DNA of 23,656 bases, the filler included, from an uncultured Methanosarcinales archaeon (GTDB lineage Archaea > Nanobdellota > Nanobdellia > Woesearchaeales > CAZOXR01): assembly GCA_964566535.1 (NCBI GenBank). It is 10 parts of 10 records of this genome, joined end to end, with 100 filler letters (N's around TTAATTAATTAA, not from the genome) between each part and the next. Parts side by side here need not be neighbours in the genome. Positions count along the whole stretch, not along the records: positions 16,749 to 18,327 come from CAZMIO010000032.1; positions 18,428 to 19,873 come from CAZMIO010000033.1; positions 19,974 to 21,225 come from CAZMIO010000034.1; positions 21,326 to 22,521 come from CAZMIO010000036.1; positions 22,622 to 23,656 come from CAZMIO010000037.1; 5 more parts are not named here. One strand, 5' to 3'. Position 1 is the first letter of the stretch; every line of letters begins with the position of its first letter. Under the pieces are notes generated by a model. That model made no database searches, had not been told where the DNA came from, and saw nothing but the letters and a program-made list of their open reading frames with translations. Made by a program: the position numbers and the translations under genes. Below, in pieces: positions 18,127 through 23,656 of the stretch.

Positions 18127-18327
18127 ATGTTCTGTCCTAAATGCGGTAAGGGAATTGGTGAAGTAGAAAGGTTTTGTAAGTGGTGCGGGATGGAGCTGTC
18201 TGAGTTCTTAGAAAGGATTAGAGGTGTGAATGATGAAGAAATTAAGAAAGAAGAACCTAAGCATAAGGTTGGAGGAGAGGAAAGAGAATTGGAAAGAAGA
18301 AGAGTTCTTTTAATGAGCAGATTTAAG
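18127..18327 (+). CDS. Zinc-ribbon domain protein (3'-partial)
   Basis: MFCPKCG......RFCKWCG. Confidence 0.85.
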
Positions 18328-18427
18328 NNNNNNNNNNNNNNNNNNNNNNNNNNNNNNNNNNNNNNNNNNNNTTAATTAATTAANNNNNNNNNNNNNNNNN
18401 NNNNNNNNNNNNNNNNNNNNNNNNNNN
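18328..18427. other. Artificial contig linker
   Basis: 44 N + TTAATTAATTAA + 44 N. Confidence 0.99.
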
Positions 18428-18429
18428 TA

Positions 18430-19873
18430 GGACAAGCAGCTAATGATACGTTGATCAGAACATCTATTGTAAACAACCTAACAGGAGCAAATGCAAACTT
18501 CACAACATTAAACGTCTCAGGACAAGTATTAATCCCTAACGGAAACGTAGGAATAGGAACTCTAACACCAGAGTACAAACTAGAAATATCAGACTCATCA
18601 GATGATGGTAAAACATTAAATATAAGTAACATTCTTTATATTAATACAAGTTCTGGAAATATTGGCATTAATAATGAAAAACCATTAACTACTCTTCAAA
18701 TATCCAAAACCTCTAATTTTAATACAGCTTCAAATCCAGCTGCAGCCCAAGACCATATATTTTTACATGATGATGGTGGAACTGCTGGACTAGGTAATTT
18801 TGGACCTTCTTTAACATTCAGTAGAATTGATGGAACAAGAAGGAGTGCATCAATAGTAACTGTTCAAACTGGAACAGACCAAAATGAAGTCGGACTTGAG
18901 TTTTATGTCCATGACAACACTAACGCAGCAGCAGCAATGATTAAAGCAATGACAATAAGAGATGATGGTAATGTTGGATTGAACACAACTAACCCACAAA
19001 CATCCTTATCCATTTTTGACTCTCAAGCAGAAATTACTCTAAACGGAACTACAAACGCAAAACTATTGTTATACGGAGATCCAAGTTCAGACAACACCAT
19101 AACATGGTTTAATAAATCAGATGGAAGTACAATGTGGATAGCTGGTATGGATAACTTCGCAGGAAGTTTAAGTGATTATTCAATAGGTAGAGCAAATAAT
19201 GTTCCCGATTTACTTATACAACACGAGACTGGTTTTGTGGGTATAGGAACAACAACTCCAACAGCTAAATTAAATATAGTTGATGGTGAACTAATCATTA
19301 ATCACTCAACAAGCACTCCTAGAATCATATTATCAGATTCTACAGATGGAGATGTTTATGAATTAAGATTCCAAAGAAGCGATGACGAATTTAGCCTATT
19401 AAATGGAACAGGTTATGAAACCAGTAATGTAAAGTTTACAGTTGAAGATGATGGAGATATGGCAATTGGTCAGGCAAAAGACTCACAATTTAAACTAGAG
19501 ATTATTGGTGTATCCCCAGATGATGGATATTTAGGGATTAGTTCTAGTGTAAATGCTGATGGAGATATTTTTATGATTGATACAGCAGGGCTTGTAGGAA
19601 TAGGAACAACAACCTCAATAGCAAAACTACAAATAAACGATACTAATGACCATGAAGCATTATTGTTGATAAGAGACGCAGATTCTTCAAGAGAGTTTGA
19701 AGTTACAAATGGTTCACAAGTAAGGATAACTTCTTCTGCTGATGCTAACGCCGCATTAAGATTTAAATTAGCAGGAGATGATGAAGATAAATTTATAATT
19801 AAAAACAACGGTATGTATTGGGGTAATGGAGATGGAAAGTTCCATACAAATTTTACAGTAGGTGATTATGCAG
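18430..19873 (+). CDS. Internal fragment of a fibre/adhesin-like GNVGIGT-repeat protein (partial at both ends)
   Basis: The whole contig is open, with about six G.VGIG/GNIGI repeats. The start module matches 5740-5925 and the end matches 22622-22870. Confidence 0.9.
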
Positions 19874-19973
19874 NNNNNNNNNNNNNNNNNNNNNNNNNNN
19901 NNNNNNNNNNNNNNNNNTTAATTAATTAANNNNNNNNNNNNNNNNNNNNNNNNNNNNNNNNNNNNNNNNNNNN
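19874..19973. other. Artificial contig linker
   Basis: 44 N + TTAATTAATTAA + 44 N. Confidence 0.99.
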
Positions 19974-21223
19974 AAATTACCAGTAACGTTTGCATTACCA
20001 GCTACAACTAATAAATCAGTAGGCGTAGCAGTCCCAATCCCAACATTGCCTGCAGATGTTATTGTCATTTCTTGAGCATCATTAGTCCAGAATTCAATAG
20101 GAGCTCCTGTGCTGTCTGCTCCTCCTGCTGAAAGTATTAGTCCATTATCATCAGCTCCCCAGACTATCATAGAGTCTGGCTTGAAAGCATTGTTTTCAGT
20201 ATATCCTGTGGTCTGTGTCCTTATCTGACCATAATGTCCGGAACTGGCAGCAGCACCGAATAATACTCCAGCTGTGCCGTCTGCATCTGTATTAATCATC
20301 TGAAGTCTAGTATGTGCAGCTTGATTTTTTTCAATATGTAATAATTGTGCTGGGCTTGTTGTCCCAATCCCAACCCTACCATTAACCTTATCAACAACAA
20401 AAGCATCCCCACCAGCATTATCAAAAACCTCAAAAGCAGTTCCATTCAACTCCATAGTCCTTGAACCAGAAGTATTCACAACCCTAAACTTATCCGCAGT
20501 TATTGCACCCATAGCTCCAAAACCAGAACCACGCAAATAATGTGTTCTTATTTCTTCTGGGGCTAAGGCTCTTTTGTAAACAAATACCTCATCAATAGTG
20601 GCATTGGAAGATACAGTACCAACAGTCCCAAACCTGCCTACATTATATTCCCCATCACTATTAGTCCTTGCAACACCGGTGCTTACTACTTCTGACCTAA
20701 AAATACCATCATAGTATAATTTAGCTGTACTATCTTTAAATGTCACAGCAAGTTGATGCCATTTATTATCGGCATAATTTGTTGTAAAAGCAGGATTTGG
20801 ATTGCCTCCTGTATCAGTCACAACAATAGTTTTTAATCCTGTTGTTGTTTCAAAAAATAATGCTAATCCTGAATTCCCTCCTGCACTATCTCTCGGAACT
20901 GAGAATAAATATCCACCGGTCTGTGCAATATCTGTCTTAAACCATAGCATTGCAGTTAATTGAGGTGTTCGATTTAAGAAAACACCAGTTCCAGTAATGT
21001 AATCATCATCCTTATTAAAATCACAAGAACCTCCATATCTGCCTATACTTCTATTAGCAGAAGTTGAATTACAGCTTACTCCACTATTTAAAGTCCCATC
21101 ATTGCCATAAGGGCTTCTGTCAAAAGCAGTTGATGTATCCACACTATCTTCTGAAAAAGGCAAATAAAGAACTAAATCATCATCAGTTCCATAAACTGGC
21201 TGATACAATGAACCATTCTCACC
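19974..21223 (-). CDS. Internal fragment: LamG/concanavalin-A-like jelly-roll domain + GNVGIGT fibre repeats
   Basis: LVLYLPFSE...DRSPYGNDGTL...WFK...KWHQLAVTF...LYYDG...IDEVFVYKRAL..EEI, then GRVGIGTTSP and GNVGIGTATP. The frame is open to both contig ends. Confidence 0.9.
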
Positions 21224-21225
21224 AG

Positions 21226-21325
21226 NNNNNNNNNNNNNNNNNNNNNNNNNNNNNNNNNNNNNNNNNNNNTTAATTAATTAANNNNNNNNNNNNNNNNNNN
21301 NNNNNNNNNNNNNNNNNNNNNNNNN
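21226..21325. other. Artificial contig linker
   Basis: 44 N + TTAATTAATTAA + 44 N. Confidence 0.99.
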
Positions 21326-22511
21326 CACTAAATACGTTTTCGTAGAAGATCCAGTTATTGGGATGATATGACGACGATCCCCCAACGCTTACCCCGTAAG
21401 TATTGTTTTCTACAGAGTTTCTTCTAAATATGCTCGAGGCCGACTGGCTGCCATTGAGCGGAATGCCTCCCGCGTTATTGGCTAGAACATTATCTTCTAT
21501 CAGGAATTTCACCCCGCCGTCTCTACCTATCGACAGCGGAGAACTTGTGTTGTCTACGACTTTGTTGTTTCTAACTATGACTTGGTATTCGGGAACGTTA
21601 CTGTCCACTGATCCTTGGGAATAGAATTGAGGGAAAGATATTCCGATCCCGTTGTCGTGTATCCAGTTATCAGTTACTGAGATGCTGTGTGCCTTAGGAC
21701 CATAGCCGCCACCACCGATAGATATAGCTGTTGAGTTGCTAGAAAACTCATTGTTTACTACATCTAATGTCTCAAAGATACGCTGGTTCATATTAAGTGC
21801 AACTGCAGTACCGTTGTTTGAAAACACATTATTATTGATCTGGGTGTTCTCGATTTTCGATACACTGTCGCCATAATAGTCGCTATACACCGAGTAGATT
21901 CCCTGGCTATTGTTATCGAAAGTGTTCGAGGTGAGGATCACATTCTCGGTACCACGAATCTCCATAGCGTTCGAGTTCGACTGGAAAGATGAGTTAGTGA
22001 CCAGTAGACCTGTATCGTAGACATAGAGCCCGGTACTGGCATACTTAACCGTCACATAGTCGAATATAGTTCCTGAGACGTAGTTGTAGCTGCCGTCGAA
22101 AGTGGTCCCGCTGGTGGGGCGTATCCGTATACCATCCCAGTCCCCAGCTGACGGTGACCCACTACTAGATGTGAATACGATCCCGTCTGATGAGGTGCCG
22201 TCTGCTACAAGATCGCCCTCAACCTTTATGTAAGTGCCTGAGTCGAACTTCACCGTCACCCCAGCCTCTATCGTTAACGTCACTCCTGAAGCTACAAGTA
22301 CATTGCCTATGACCTGGAACGGGCTGTCTGCAACAGCCCAGGTTGCGTCAGACGAAATCGTGCCGGAGACAGAGGTCGCAGCAGAAACAGGTGAGATGGA
22401 GAGGAAGGCGAGGATCAGGGACAGGCCGATGGGGACGGCGCGAAGGGGTGCTCCGGAGCGGAGTGTCCGTAAGGTGTTGGCTATGAACCTGGGAAGGAGG
22501 GTTTGTCCCAT
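21326..22511 (-). CDS. Secreted right-handed parallel beta-helix repeat protein (3'-partial)
   Basis: Signal-like LSLILAFLSISPVSA, then TW....SPF....V.V.SGVTLTIEAGVTVKF..L.A.GT....I.FTS.....GDW.GI and repeated NxFxxN..GI/AI units. Confidence 0.85.
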
Positions 22512-22521
22512 GTCATGGAGC

Positions 22522-22621
22522 NNNNNNNNNNNNNNNNNNNNNNNNNNNNNNNNNNNNNNNNNNNNTTAATTAATTAANNNNNNNNNNNNNNNNNNNNNNN
22601 NNNNNNNNNNNNNNNNNNNNN
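22522..22621. other. Artificial contig linker
   Basis: 44 N + TTAATTAATTAA + 44 N. Confidence 0.99.
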
Positions 22622-23654
22622 CTGCATAATCACCTACTGTAAAATTTGTATGGAACTTTCCATCTCCATTACCCCATAAAAATCTGTCTGATTTTATTAT
22701 GAATTTATCTTTAACATCTCCATCTAATCTTATTCTGAATGGAGCGTTAGCATCAGCATCGACTTGTAATCTTAGTTGTGCACCAGGTGTTATTTCAAAA
22801 GAAGATTTTCCTCCTGTATCGTTTACTAATATTGCAGGCATGGTGTCAGATGTGTCGTTGATGTGTAACACTGCTTGAGGGTTTTTTGTTCCGATTCCTA
22901 GGTAACCATCTTCTGTTATTCTTATTGCTTCCGTATCCCCCTTTGTATGAAATGCCATATGGTTATCGGTGTGGTCAAGTATAATTTGTCCCTGTCGCCT
23001 AGCTCCTCCACTACCAGTAGCAGTATCACCAAAGAATATGAATCCTTGTTCTCCAGGATCTGAGAGGATTGTGATACCATGGTCAGCACTATCATCAATA
23101 TCACCAATAGTTAAGTCATCAGCTCTAGTGTCAACACCAGATGAATAGTTATTTCCAATCATAACTCTTCCTGAGCTGTCTATTACAAAGTCGTTGTCTC
23201 CTGATGGGGATATGTTTACAGAACCTGCTACGTGTAATGTTGAACCTGGTGTTGTTGTTCCAATTCCAACATTATCATTAATAGTCATTGTAACACTTCC
23301 ATTGGAGTTAAGTGACCATTGTGCATCTCCATAATCATATTCTAATATAGTTGAGATAAAGTCTCCTGATGAATTTCTTTGTTGGATTATAAAAGCCCCT
23401 TCAGTTGCTCCTGCATCTTCTATATGGTGTCTAAGGAATGTTTCACCTTCAGTTGCCGATCCTACTCCTGAGGCTCTTAATCTGATAACTCCTCCAGCAA
23501 ATTGTGCACTTCTTATATCATCTAATAATAATTGTGCTATTTCACCCACCATGTTTATATTTCCAGATGTGTTTATTCCTCCGGTTATATTTGCTCCGCC
23601 AACTACAACTAAAGAACTTTCTGGAGTTGTAGTTCCGATGCCAAAATTACCACT
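22622..23654 (-). CDS. Internal fragment of a fibre/adhesin-like GNVGIGT-repeat protein (partial at both ends)
   Basis: The frame is open upstream of the tracked ATG (SGNFGIGTTTPESSLVVVGGANITGG...). NVGIGTTTP, GRVMIG and GYLGIGTKNP repeats. Confidence 0.9.
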
Positions 23655-23656
23655 GC

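Overview
This window is not one locus. It is ten contigs in decreasing length (>=4587, 3790, 3758, 2114, 1999, 1579, 1446, 1252, 1196, >=1035 nt) joined by artificial 100-nt linkers (44 N + TTAATTAATTAA + 44 N), so it is probably the short-contig tail of a MAG/SAG. Most contigs look archaeal and probably DPANN/Woesearchaeota-like (inference from TATA/BRE promoters, an AglH-type GT4, MNT-HEPN and DUF2683-RelE toxin-antitoxin pairs, and sequon-rich secreted proteins). One contig (14650-16648) resembles a T4-like myophage and one (21326-22521) is GC-richer and probably foreign. The ORF track omits a >1500-aa secreted Ig/FN3 + Cys-rich protein (1-4587, -), an RHH gene, two tandem AbrB-like genes, an SxtK/DUF5989 gene and an SDR start, and it truncates a 588-aa fibre ORF (4689-6455). 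The most striking signal is a multi-copy family of secreted, sequon-rich, tail-fibre-like GNVGIGT-repeat proteins built from shuffled modules (five fragments on four contigs). These show exact DNA repeats, and two variants converge on an identical terminal 55-mer. One member is translationally coupled to a duplicated AbrB pair, and the locus carries REP/MITE-like double-hairpin elements. An sxtI/J/K-like O-carbamoyltransferase cassette lies next to rfbB.
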